From: Antedon mediterranea
Taxonomy: Eukaryota; Animalia; Echinodermata
Assembly (NCBI RefSeq): GCF_964355755.1
Contig: NC_092677.1
Coordinates: forward strand, 13,662,101-13,726,100
Direction of reading: 5' to 3'
DNA length: 64,000 nucleotides
How positions within the stretch are numbered: position 1 is the stretch's first letter; each line of letters starts with the position of its first letter. Position numbers and translations under genes: made by a program. Below, one piece after another: positions 10,787-23,384 of the stretch. The notes under the pieces are model-generated. The model worked only from the letters and a program-made list of their open reading frames with translations, was not told the DNA's origin and made no database searches.

Positions 10787-11496
10787 TATTAATTATATTT
10801 GTTATAGAGATCTACTTTTATTTATATAAAATCAAAATTTCACGTTCTATAATTATGAATTTTCGTTAATACATTACGAATACCGACACATGATTACATC
10901 ATAATTATTCTTTGGTTATGTTATTGAGTAGAATTTAAATATTAGTATTACAAAGTACAAACAAAAACACTCATTTAAAACGTTCTAATATAAAATGTGT
11001 TTACGGGTAGTAGAAAACGTGTTGAATGAACAAGAAGTTGGGGAATGTTATAGGACTCTAAACGTTCTGTACCTTAAATTCGTTTACGTAGAAAGAATAA
11101 CAATCTTATCGTTTTCGTAATCCTAATTTTTACCTCCATTTCTTTTAGTATGTGAAAAGAAGTCATCATTGTATGACGAAACCATGACCTACTGAGTTTG
11201 AGTATTGTTACAACTTTATTATACGAGATACGAGATAAGGCTCTCCTTTATTATTTCTCAAATAAATACGCAAGTAATAAACATAAGAAAGCGGTTATAA
11301 CATTATGATTAAAATGTATATTAGTTGATCGATGTGTGGCCAGAATTGGCGACGTATAATAAATACAAAAAAAAACCTGACGAAAAACTACTCCACAGTA
11401 CAGTAGTTACAGAGACAATTAATTCTGTTGTGCAGTACCCACTGATTGGGCTTGAATCTATACCCCTAGCAATCAACGCAAGTTCGGTGGTCAAAG

Positions 11497-11567
11497 AGGC
11501 TAGTGATCTGGAGGTCGTGGGTTCGAGACCCACCCGATAATTACTTGCAAATATTCCCGCAAGTATT
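11497..11567 (+). mobile_element. tRNA-derived SINE fragment (same family as 60927-61017)
   Basis: AGGCTAGTGATCTGGAGGTCGTGGGTTCGAG(A/T)CCCACCCGA is shared with the reverse complement of 60960-61000. B box followed by a TACTTGC...GCAAGTA hairpin. Confidence 0.7.
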
Positions 11568-12396
11568 AGGCGCCTAAGTAGGGCAAAACATTACATAAAT
11601 TTCATGTGGGGCAGGAACAAGGGTAGTATACAAAGACAAATAAGAATAACATGAAAAAAATGCTACTATATCTATATAAGAAATTAAAAAATAAACATTA
11701 TAAACAAAATTGATAAAAGTAAAAAGGCCTACTGTAGTTTGAATAATGTTATATACAAAATATAAGCCATGATACTCTCCTATATTTAGTTCCAAAAAGG
11801 TCAAAGAACTTCGATAATTACCGTAATTTAAGGTCGTAATACAATGAGTAATATGGATGTTGAACAGTAGTACTCAGGTGGCTTATAATTGGCAATTAGG
11901 CCTACGTTTATAAATAGCTGAGAATTGAAATACAATGCTAGAGAATCATTAAAAGATAGAAAGAACGAAATACAATTGAATGAAAGCGGTATACCATTTA
12001 CCAACTTGCTTATCTTATGACCTTAATTATGGATATATGAAAAATAGATTTAATTGAAACTTTTCAGAAATGGATTGACCAATCGTACAGATTTTTATTG
12101 CCAAATACATTTATTTCACACATGTTTGACTGATGTTGGATGGCATGCCGTTTCAGATACTCCCCTTCGAGTCTTTCAGATACGCCCTTACGAGTTAATT
12201 TTCGTGTTTTATTCGCTCATGAAGAAATAAGTTATTCACTCAATTCATGGAATCAATGATTGTAGAGGGATTTAAGTGATTTGGTTTAATTAGTTTATTA
12301 CACGCACAGAACTGGAAATCATTCATTTATATTCATTGTAAATACTTCTCCAGAGTGGTTTCCTGTACATCTACTTGTATTTGTTGACAAAAAAAA

Positions 12397-13320
12397 ATGA
12401 ATTCTACCGAAATGGAATCAACAACAGTGGCTATAGTTTTCAGAACGGTCATATTGTGTATCATTATGGTGGTTGCAATTGTTGGTAATTGTTTAACTCT
12501 TGCTATAATCTACACTGTTGAATCACTTCGGACAAAAACGTATGTCTTTGTCGCGAATCTAGCAATCGCAGATCTTTCAATCGGACTATTCGTTATGCCT
12601 ACTGTTCTTGCTGCTTCTATAAATGACGGATGGCCATTTGTACAAGACTGGATCTGCGAAGTGTCTTCGTTTATTAATGTACATTGCTACCTATTAAGCA
12701 TGGCTACACTATGTGCAATATCAATTGAAAGGTATCATTCTATAATTAACCCTTTACTTTATGCTTCGAGAATGAGTAAACGAAATGTTATCATTTTATT
12801 ATGTTGGACGTGGATTCAGCCATTTTGCTTCACCATTGGATTATTGGGAAAAGTCGGATACAACCCTTATTCATACACTTGTCTACCACATTTCGAGGAC
12901 ATCCCTATGTATGCAATGTTTCTATCTGTTATGTGCTTGTTTATTCCAGCTTCAATAACAGTCATAGCTTATTACCATATATACAAGTTAACTTTCCAGC
13001 AACTCAAACGCGTTCATCATTTCCCTACACCAATGGCATCGAATTCGACACATAATTTGATTAAGGCCAAGACAAAATCCGCCTTTGTCTTTGCAATTGT
13101 CATTGGTACATTTATGACATTGTTGTTGCCGTCTCAAATTATTGTGATTACTCAAACATTTGAAGTGTACTTACCAAATGGCTATACAACTTTTTCAACG
13201 TGGTTTTCGTTAATGACATCATCATGTAACCCGGTAATATACTGCCTTATGAATAGGCAATTCAGAAACGGACTTGGCAAAATGATGCGTATGCTTCGTC
13301 GATGGCTAGACCATGGATAA
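12397..13320 (+). CDS. Intronless class A GPCR, 307 aa (amine-receptor-like or chemosensory-type orphan)
   Basis: N-glycosylation site NST, seven hydrophobic segments, GN, LAIADL, WPF..W-IC (Cys3.25), ERY, ECL2 Cys, NPVIY, helix 8 FRNGL. Confidence 0.92.
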   Translation: MNSTEMESTTVAIVFRTVILCIIMVVAIVGNCLTLAIIYTVESLRTKTYVFVANLAIADLSIGLFVMPTVLAASINDGWPFVQDWICEVSSFINVHCYLLSMATLCAISIERYHSIINPLLYASRMSKRNVIILLCWTWIQPFCFTIGLLGKVGYNPYSYTCLPHFEDIPMYAMFLSVMCLFIPASITVIAYYHIYKLTFQQLKRVHHFPTPMASNSTHNLIKAKTKSAFVFAIVIGTFMTLLLPSQIIVITQTFEVYLPNGYTTFSTWFSLMTSSCNPVIYCLMNRQFRNGLGKMMRMLRRWLDHG

Positions 13321-16302
13321 CATGCACTTCGTCTATCTAAATAATCATTATTGTATTTACTGTTCCAGAATGGAGTTTCAAAAGAGGACAAATCAGTGAG
13401 TTCATGCATTTTGAAATGTTGTTATTTTTTACGTATTTATAAAGTAGGCCTCTTTTATAAAGATATAGGCCTACATTTATACTGTATACCTGAAGGTGTG
13501 TTCGATATGAGTTGTATATCGCATTAAAAAGAAGTAGCAATTGGATTAATAGCATTAAGCTGCATAGCTCCTGAGATGGAGCACGTACGGACACCGAAGT
13601 AACCAGGAAGGGAGTGACTGGAGATTTATGATCTTGAGCATGAGAACTATAATGATGAAAGTGTGAAAGCGTTTTGCCAGCAGAGAGAAAAGGAAACATA
13701 GTGAAAACAGCATGCTTGTCCCAAATCTGTTTCGAAACTAAGAACAGCAGCGTCAATTTCTCTTTTTTTCTCGATGGCCTTCTTTCTCTTTTTGCATTCG
13801 CTCACGTTCAGAACCTTTTTAACAAGGCAATTCTTTAAAACGTTGTTTCAGATATGTTCAATTGTTGTGTCAACTGCACAACGTGTGGTTATCTTTGATC
13901 AGAGTAGGCCATCAAATGATGTATAGAAAACACAACATTAAAAATAATACCGAATTGATACCTGGTGATGTATAATATGTTGTAGACGACGATGATAGTT
14001 CATTTATACAGGTCCAAATTGGTCTGGAATTTGGGGTGCATTTTTAGGTAAAAGTTTTTGTTAATTCGGGTATGCTGAATAAAAAAAGATGAAGAATAAA
14101 AATGGAAATGGAGGATATTTTCATGTGGATGCTGGACAAAATTGACAACCTATAACTTTTCAAAGCCAACTGACGTGACCTTAGTTATACATTAGTTCAA
14201 TAAATGTTGTGATAAAAATTAAAATGGTCGCCAATATGGGTACCATGTGTTAAACATTAATGTGTTCCTTATTATAGTGGTAACGTAACCGCGTAATTTT
14301 TTCCACGTAGAATTTGTATCTATCCTGAGCGGATTTCCGCTCATCAACCTGTTAGTCCTGCGTTTTGTGTAAATGGTCTAAGCTATTCTATATATTCTAT
14401 ATTGTTGTTTTCCACTTACCGATTGTGTGTGTAAATTGGCGTTAACATGCAAGATAAAAAAAGATATTTTTGGGTAGAAACTTGAAATTAAAAAAATGTC
14501 TGAATGTTTGTTGTACTGTGCTATTCCACTATTGACAGCCAAAAAAGGACACCAAAATTCGGTCATCATTTTATTTATATCATAGTTATAATTGTCTTTG
14601 AAGAGCAACTGTTCAAAGTTGTCAGTAATTCTTATATTCATCACACATATTTTACTTTATATCGAAAAATAAATGTTCTAAATAGGCCTACTACTCTACA
14701 TAATATTAACAATATAATAAACCTTTTTTTCTTATATATTTTTTTTACATCTAAATGTACAATTACATATCGCAAGATATGGCTGGAATTTTAAGCTGCA
14801 TCAAAACATTGAATTATTAAGGTGACACCACCACGCCTTGTCCTGTTTCTACTAATATCCACTTGTCAACATTTTTCCTTCACCCAGCACTTAGCCTCAG
14901 TCAAACACAGAATAATATACTCCGTCCTCGCTAACACAATTAATCAATACATACATTTAGGATGTATTCTCACGTGAAAACCATGCTTATCGTTTATTAT
15001 TTAGAAGTAACTTATGATTAGTAGATTATCGGATAATTATGCTGATTCAACATGTATCCCATAACTTCCACAGGAGAATACTGTTCTAAAATTATCTAAC
15101 GACAAACATATAAGTGACTTCAGCATTAAGGTAATGCAAGGGATTTTTCGATAATTATGGAACCGTTCAGACTTTCTTTACAATATAATATAATATTGTT
15201 ATTGTTGTTGGTTTCTTGTTGGGCCCATTTTCGTTAACTTAGTTGGATAGGAATCAACTTGCCCATAACTAAGCCTCAACGGGCCCTGTGATTAACATGT
15301 TTACATAGACTTTCTGTAACTAAATTATTTAATTTCGTTGGAAACATTTTTAAAACTAGAACTACTGGACAAGTCTTCTGTATCTGTATGTTTAACGTAC
15401 ATTTATCGCGTATCAATAAATAGCAAAATGTGCTTTTGTGAAAGTATTTAAATTTCAATGGTGTTCAATTTATTCTTAAAAATTATGGGCTGGTGCCATT
15501 CTTATGGTTTGATCTAGCTGATTCCATTCAATTGTCTTTGGGTAGATGAGTAATGATAACAGTTTTTATTGGTTGTTGGTATTATGTTGTTAACGTAGAT
15601 CAAATAAAGAAAACTTGAATTTGTTTTTTCCTTGCCACTTTCTTAAATTAGAGAAATTAAACTCTTCTAAAACATGAAAAGCCCACCATTGATGCGTAGG
15701 CCTACATATATATAATACTCTCTAAAATATTGGCTTTAGGGTAAAATTCTTCTAGTTAGGGCGGTTTACCATCAATATTTTGAGCTTGCTGTTGATGAAG
15801 ATGATGAGTATAAATACAGAAGAGTATAAGACTAAGAGCGGCAATTTTGAAATACTCTGTACATTTAAAAACCGAATTTAAAAAGCCAGAAGAATATTAA
15901 AAAACTATTGAAAAATAAAAGTTAAATACAACAAATGTTTTTATCTACTCCCCTACAATCTCTGTATAATGAAATAGTGTGCTCACTAATTATATAGAAT
16001 ATTATTAAATCAAAACTGATGCTTGATAGTAGGTACTGTGTTTATGGACATCGAGGGCCAGGTTTTAAAGACCCCAAACAATGATACCCTACTTTAAAAT
16101 AGAGGGGAAATCAGACATATTAAACTAACATAACATAGACACACTGTGCTAAGAAAAATGTTATCTATGATTATATTTCCCTATCATATAAGATGTATTG
16201 TCCCCCTGAAAAAATAATTATTGACATATTTGTTGTTGTGGTAGAGCCTAATATAACAGTAGGTGTGTTAAAAACATTCTGAACTACTAGACTGTACACA
16301 CT

Positions 16303-16541
16303 AAAGCTTGGTTTCCACAAGGACACACTGCAAAGAAGTAAGCGCAAAGCTAGCATGTTAACCAATCACAAGGGATAGATTCTGTACACACTAAAGCTTG
16401 GTTCCCACAAGGACGCAACGCAAAGACGTAAGCGCAAAGCTAGGATGTTAACCAATCACAAGTGAAAGATTTTCGTCATTGGACAACTTGCGTGTGCTGC
16501 GTCCACTTTCTTTTGTTGCGTCTTAGTGGAAACCAAGCTTT
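16303..16541. mobile_element. MITE (PIF/Harbinger-like) with duplicated left end
   Basis: TIR AAAGCTTGGTTTCCAC (16303, repeated at 16393) / GTGGAAACCAAGCTTT (16526-16541). A related end AAAGCTTGGTTCCCAC lies at 56699. Confidence 0.7.
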
Positions 16542-16542
16542 G

Positions 16543-16815
16543 AGGTACATTCACACCTGCTGCATTTTCTGCATTATTAAACAAATGAAAATAGTATAAC
16601 GATTAGAAAAAAGTCTGTTCCACTTAAAAGGAAGAGAAAACATTTAGATTGATCTATCTGATTTCTGATTTAAAATTTAAAATCCAGTTTGCGACTAATG
16701 ACGAGAGTGTTTAGATTTAGAACAAATGCGGGGCCATACGTACTGTAACTCACCAGAACAGATGTGAATGGCTCTTTATGAAATGACCTGACTGCACAGA
16801 TGTGAATGCACCTTT
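16543..16815. mobile_element. MITE with ~17-bp imperfect TIRs
   Basis: AGGTACATTCACACCTG at the left end versus CAGATGTGAATGCACCT at the right end. Confidence 0.55.
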
Positions 16816-16912
16816 ACATACAGAAAGTCTCTTTTTTTTGTGTGTCCTGTTCAATTACGGTCAAAGCAATGGCAGATTTATTGACTAATATTATGCACTA
16901 CCTTATTTAACC

Positions 16913-17021
16913 ATGTGACAAAAAAAAATGTGATGTGCCCATATATGTACACGATAATGTCATATCACTACCATATTTTGGCACATCATAGTTTTTGGCA
17001 AACTAGTTTGATAGTATAGAC
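16913..17021 (-). mobile_element. Partial copy of the ~150-bp palindromic MITE family (see 19208, 30504)
   Basis: TGTGATGTGCCCATATA...CATATCACTACCATATTT.GGCACATCA...AGTTTGATAGT.TAGAC matches the family in reverse orientation. Confidence 0.7.
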
Positions 17022-19207
17022 TAGAGACTAGGACATAATGCAACGCATCACAAGCGATGGATTATTAAAACTGCTGCTTTTCATTGGTCAACTTGATTGC
17101 ATTGCGTACATGTTTTTGCGTTGCGTCTCTAGTGGGAACCACACATTAGTATTATTTACGCCACTACTAAATTAAACTATAAAAAGCGACTGTTAAATAC
17201 AAACAAAACAATTAAAATTAAAACATGAGAAAAATGTAGTAACAAATAAAATTGTTGTATCATGCACCATTTTATTATTTTTGTTACTTAAAGTTTTTTG
17301 GTTGTTCTTTAAATTCAATGAATGAATGGGGTTTTTTGTGTTTATTTTTAGCAGCATTCTAAAGCAATATTAAGTCTGTAATTTTTTAAAAGCTTTCATT
17401 CATCGGTTACTACAACCCCAATCACTTCTTACGTCAAGAGAATTCCATTTATTTTATAAATTGCACCCAAATTGAATGCAGAAACTCTTGAGATGTATAC
17501 ATATAGCGTTCACGCAAGAATTAAGTAGAAACAACAATCAAATTATTATGTACTATGATACCGTTAAAACAATTTAATAAATTAATAAATATAGAATCTA
17601 TACTATATACTATATAATGATATATCTCATATAAATATATTGTTTTTTTCTGATTATATTTAAGCATTGATTTAAAAGCAGGGCAAACGACGGGATAACA
17701 TTGAAGAAATAAAATACATTATTTATGCATATCACTCAATGATATTCTTTAGACTAATTGCAACCTCTATCTTTTCGTATTATCAACACCATCATATTTA
17801 TTAAAACACAGAATACTATATGCCGAAGTAATCTATACAGATGTTTAAAGATAAAATTCTGCCAACATTATCTTTAAAAACGTTTAAACTGTATACAAAT
17901 AAATACAACTGCTATTTCTTCTGTGCATTTAAACATATTAATAAAAGTATATTATTAATATTTTTAAAATCTTCAATAAATATATTAAAATATTGATTTG
18001 ATCATTAGTTAAAATATCCAAATGGAGGCAATGCATGTTATCAATTTGAATATAGAGCATATGACACCTGCACCATGCAGATACAGTAAACTCTTTTTAA
18101 GAGTTTTATATTCTTAATTTTAATTCTACTTTATTCCTCTAAATTTCTATACATATTAGATATATTATAATATAGATAATATACATATATATTTTTTTTA
18201 AGTGGCTGCTAGCCACTATGACACCTACAATATTATTACCCCTTGTCCCATAGCAACTTTATTCGCTTGTAACGTGACAGCAATTACAGATTCTTTTTGT
18301 CCCTCCCTGTCGAGAAAAAAACGAAACAAGAAAAACACGATAATTTTAAAGAATTCAAAACGATCGTTGTTACTCGCATTTGACCCATACTTGTTGCTTT
18401 ATGTTGGTCACTTTTCCATTGAGCATTTTTAAAACCGTTTTTTTTATAGAAAAGTTTTCTTGACGACAGCATAAATGAAAAAAAAATTGTTAAAAACCAA
18501 TCTCAAAATTGATTTTAGTCTCGAACTGTTTTTGAATCCTCAATTTTTTATTTGCAATTAATGAAATCACGGTCTCTGCCTTAGAAAGTACCATAATGCC
18601 ACAAACATTTATCAACGCTTATTGACTCTACACCCAAATTAATTTAACACACTCATTTTGTCAATGCTTTACATTTTTCATTTGGTTTGAAAATCAACCT
18701 TTAATTTTTTATTTTTTTTTATTAATTTTCATTCTTTTGTAGCTTATTGTACCATACCATAAAGTAGAAGGCGAGTAAAAACAAATGGAATGGCGTTTTC
18801 TAATTCATTTCACATTTGACTCAAATGTAGGTAAAACCAAGCAGTTGCATTTCCAAATGATAGCAGGGATGTCAGAATAGTTGTAGGAATAGTCTATTAT
18901 TGTAGAGCGATGTTTAAGATACTTTGATCTTTTGTGACTTATTGTTGGTTTATTCAGGTAAGCTGGCACAAAATAGAAAAAGATAATATTTTTTTATGTA
19001 CGCATGAAAAATTGATTCACAGCGAATTTAGGTAAATGACACCGCCAAATGGTCGCAAATGGCATTCTCGCACATAAAATTCATGATAAATGGCACTTCC
19101 CACTATTCTAGTTTTTCTACTTTTAGACATAACAGATGCGCATGTTCCATGTTCTGTCATTTTATTATTTTATTTTTCAATTGATGTTCAAAACGCCAGG
19201 ATATAAC

Positions 19208-19349
19208 TAAGGCTCTGTCTACACTACTGAACTAGTTTGACAAAAAAGTGTGATGTGCCCAAATATGGTAGGTAGTGATATGACATCATCATGTCTATAT
19301 ATGGGCACATCATATTTTTTTGTCACATAAATTTGATAGTGTAGACAGA
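19208..19349 (+). mobile_element. ~150-bp palindromic MITE (PIF/Harbinger-like)
   Basis: CTGTCTACAC...TGTGATGTGCCC...GGGCACATCA...GTGTAGACAG inverted arms. Three copies in the window. Confidence 0.75.
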
Positions 19350-19391
19350 TTAATCAAATTTAAAACAACTTACCAAATAAGGCAAAATAAT

Positions 19392-22300
19392 TTAAGGTTT
19401 TTCATCTGTAACCTCTTCGTATATCTTATTTTGATGAGCCTCAGCTGAATGTTTCATTAGCTCCCATGCTGATAATGCCTTCTCACCACAAGCTGCACAT
19501 TTCCATGAAGATGGCTCTGAAAACAACAAAGTCGATAACAAAATTACCGTAAAACCTCAAAGAGAAGCCCATCTAAAAAAAAAAAAAACCTCTATATGGT
19601 TTGCAAAATTAATCTCGAAAAGAAGCCCATCACGAAATCAAGCATGCTGGGCTTCTTTTCATGAGAGTGTGGGCTTATTTGCGAGATAGCAAGAGAAATG
19701 TATGAGCGTGTTAAATCAATTAATGAACTTACAACCCTAAAATAAATAATCAGGCCTCATATTTATTCTACAATTTTATTTGATTGAATCTTGTATCTTT
19801 ATCTTCTTCTGCTTCCTTTGCAAATATGTAAATTGGCAGGGAATATCTTAAAATCATATTAGTGTAGTAGAAATTCACACAAATTTACAGCATTCATTTC
19901 GAAAAGAAGACCTTCAGTTTGCGGTAAAAATAAAATTCCAGCTATTTTAATATACAAAAAGACAATTCAAAAGATGGAGTCGGAACTTTTCACTTACAAC
20001 TTGTAACCAGGTTTGATCTCCCGTTTTAATACGTTTTCACACATGCATACACGAAAAATGAGAAATTGCTATAATTGGGTCAGTTTAATACCAGGAAAAT
20101 ACATGCGAACGCAGTAACAACTTGTGACATCTCCAAACAAAAAAACAGGCCTCTCACCGGAGTGTTTTTCACAAAATTGTCTTCACATTATGCAAACCTG
20201 GTTACAAGTTCTTATATTTTGCAGGTGTGAAAAAAGGTATTATATGCTGTTTTATTTGCAAGAGGTCTTACCATCTCCAGAGACTGGATCATGTTGTACC
20301 TGTCTGAGGTTACAAGACGCACCAGCAATTTTTTCCCCAACAGCACCACTTCTAAAAATAGTGAAAAAAACAATAATACAGTACATCATAGTTTATAACA
20401 CACCTGAGTACATCCTTGATTCGTTTGATTGGAGAATCGTGGGTCACATGATATTCAATAACTACTCCATTGAACTCTTACATCATCAATCAAAACACAA
20501 GGCTAGGAAAATTTGCTTTCAGCTTGCTCAAATGTAAAAAATTATATAACACATATAAATAAATGTTTATGAGGTGGATGGTGAGAATCTTTTTATGAAA
20601 AAGAGCGTGATTTACCCATAATCAATTCGTTTGAATCCTTTTGGTCTGCCTGCATCAGGCTCACTGGCAACATATATATCTGAAATAAAAAAAAGAAATT
20701 ATTACAAGAATGTGTTCAAGTATTAAAATAAATTACAGTATTGTTGGGAGTATTAAAAACAAGGGTGTTTATATACCCAATGGTTGCAGGCTAGGATGTA
20801 TATATGGGAAATGAGAGTTTGAAATATAACAATGCAACCAAATAAATATTATCAGAAGTCCATATAAATTAACAACTGAGTACATCTCTGTTAATAATAA
20901 TAATTACCGTAGTTCCCTGGGTATAATCCCACCCCCCTTGTACATGAAATTTTCCTGAATTTGAGAGGTGGGACTATACCCGGGATTTCATTGGTGCATT
21001 AACTTAAAATGACGATCCTTCTTCTGGCTACGATCTAGGCTATCTAAAGCTATATTCCAATGTAGGCCTAGAAATTAGACAGCAAGGTCATCTAGGCCTA
21101 GGCAGCCCAATTGGTCTTACCTGTGTTATGCCTACCATTTAGATTTTACTCCAGATTTCTACTTAAAAAAATACCCTAAAATGTTATCTAGGCTAGGCCT
21201 AGCTTCCTAAATAATATCGACACAAACTTGTACGATTGCTCTCGGTTCCCTACGATTGAGCTCTGTGTAATTACAGAGCTCGAGCGTGGGGAAATCTCAA
21301 ATCGCATGTTGTTGCACGTGACACAAACTACTGCGCAAGCTCCGGTCAATGTAGAGGGCATTGTTTTTTTACGGTAATCAAGCATGCAGTAGTAACAACA
21401 AGGAATAATGTACACGGTGAAAGCATGTGCAGAATGCGACGATAGGCCTGCCTCACTTAATGTTTGTTTTAGTCATTTTTCGGCATTGTTTCAAAAGACA
21501 ATTTTCCTATTTAATTTGTTTATTTAAAAAAAATTTACATTACACACCAGATATATTAGATTGCAAGATATTTTTACATAGGAAGTGACATTTGCTGGTA
21601 CTGTATGGAAATAAACCCACAAAATTTATTATAGCAAAAATATATAGAGGTATACTGGGATTAAATGTTTTTGTTTTGAGTACGTGTTGTGGCCATTGGA
21701 TATTGTGTTCTGCCAACAGAGAAAACAGAATTTCTATGTTTTTTTTTTCTTAAAACAAATGACAATAAATGATACTTGACTTGACTTATGTCAACGAAGA
21801 AATGACTCAAGTATGCACGGCTGGGAAAAATGTTGAAATAAATGAAGTTGAATTGTATCGAGTTGAAAATGTTATGGAACCGAAAGGCAACATGACTTGA
21901 ATTCAATTCAATCAAAAGACGATCAACCTAGAAACCATCAAACTGAGTCCCGAGGTGGGGGAGCTAGGAATCCCAATATCCGTGCATGCTTACAGTGAAA
22001 CAACACAACATAGTATAATTTTCGGATACTAATACCTATAGGTTGTTTAGCAACAATTCTATTATTTTCAGCTTCCTTAGCTCGTCTTGCATTGAATTCA
22101 CTCGTAAACTGCACAAAACCGAAACCTTTATGTAGAGAAATACCAGTGATTCTACCATATGGTGCAAACACTCGTTCAATATCACGTCTTGTAACATAAC
22201 CTGTGTTCAGATTCCCTACAAATAACAAATAGTTTTGTTAAAAATTATAATCTTCTGAAGCTTCTAAGAGTGAAAAGCATTCACACTTAATAAACAAAAC

Positions 22301-22636
22301 AACTCATTTAAGCATTTTAGTGAATAACTTCATTTAATTACCAGTTACAAGCTGTAATTGGACCTCTAGAGGTCCAATTACAGGGTAATTACTGTATATA
22401 TGTGACTCAATTGGTGTGAGCCTTCATCACAGCTGTTACATAATCTCGCAGAGTGAAAGGGGCAACTTCTTACCTATAAACAATCTGGAAGCCTTTGATT
22501 TTGGGTCGTTACTGTTTGTAGCACTGCCAACTGTACATAGATGGCTGTTGTCGCCATGATAGTAAGCTCCGTAAGTCGGAAAGCCAGGTGGAGGAAATGG
22601 ACCTCCATACGGACCGTAAAATGCCCCACGATGCAT
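19392..22636 (-). CDS. HNRNPC: hnRNP C/RALY-like RRM protein with C-terminal BCL11-type C2H2 zinc finger, 203 aa, 5 coding exons
   Basis: Exons 22636-22474, 22215-22036, 20679-20616, 20351-20272, 19516-19392. All introns are GT-AG with consistent phases (1,1,2,1), total 612 nt. TNSNDPKSKASRLFIGNLNT...VFAPYGRITGISLHKGFGFVQF...DIYVASEP matches the hnRNP C/RALY RRM. Last exon encodes EPSSWKCAACGEKALSAWELMKHSAEAHQNKIY. Symbol marks the family, not proven orthology. Confidence 0.88.
19547..19927. mobile_element. Degenerate Tc1/mariner-pogo-type MITE in intron
   Basis: TA|CCGTAAAA left end with GAAGCCC / GGGCTTC internal inverted motifs. Right end TTTGCGG|TA. Confidence 0.4.
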
Positions 22637-22744
22637 TGCCAGATTGTGTTTCTAAAAAAAAAAACTAAAACCAACAGAAATTTTTGGTTAAACATATTAC
22701 TACACTTTGTTGAATATTCTTTATTGTACTGAGACAGTAGTAGC

Positions 22745-23152
22745 CCTTTTACACCGCCAAGCTTAGAACAAACCCGTTTCGCGTCCTCCGGGTAAATTTC
22801 CTTTTTACACCGGATTCATTAACCTGGGAATGACATGGTTTGCGTGTACACTGCAAAATACTAACCCATGTAAATGTATTAGATTAATCGAAATACTATA
22901 TTTTTTTTATGGCAATACAAAAAAATTTAGTATACTCGTGAAGAATATTTATTAAAATAACAAATAATTATACAGTACGTTTAATATATTAAATAATGGA
23001 ATAAACAAAACCAGTCTTATCTAAATTGTATGTAAATTAAATACTATACTAGTGAGCAAGGAAAGCAATCAACCGGGAAAACACACGCGGGTCTGTTTAC
23101 ACCAGGAACATGCAAGTACACAGGTTCATATTTTTGCTGGCGGTGTAAAAGG
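22745..23152. mobile_element. MITE with 15-bp TIRs
   Basis: CCTTTTACACCGCCA at the left end (~22746) / TGGCGGTGTAAAAGG (23138-23152). Confidence 0.7.
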
Positions 23153-23384
23153 TAAGAATTAATAAAAATTAAATATAAATTATTTTGTACCGTACTGTAC
23201 ATGGTGAAGTGAAAATGTATATAAACACATGGTGTCCATGTAAATAACAGTATGGATAAGCATGGAATTGTACAAAATATATAGCCTCACATAAAATTAA
23301 CACTAACATCGTCATATCATTCTGTCAATGTCATTAGTCCAAAAATGTGCATGTTATATTGTATGGTCTAGATTTGCTATTAGC

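Noticed and set aside
13337-13800. 139-aa minus ORF and GC-richer patch after GPCR-2
   Set aside because: No recognisable motif, and plus-strand frames contain multiple stops.
20124-20537. 137-aa plus-strand ORF
   Set aside because: Antisense to an exon of the RRM gene, with no recognisable motif.
21938-22035. C-terminal part of ORF 21938-22228
   Set aside because: This is intron read-through. RRM similarity stops at the donor at 22035 and resumes at 20679.
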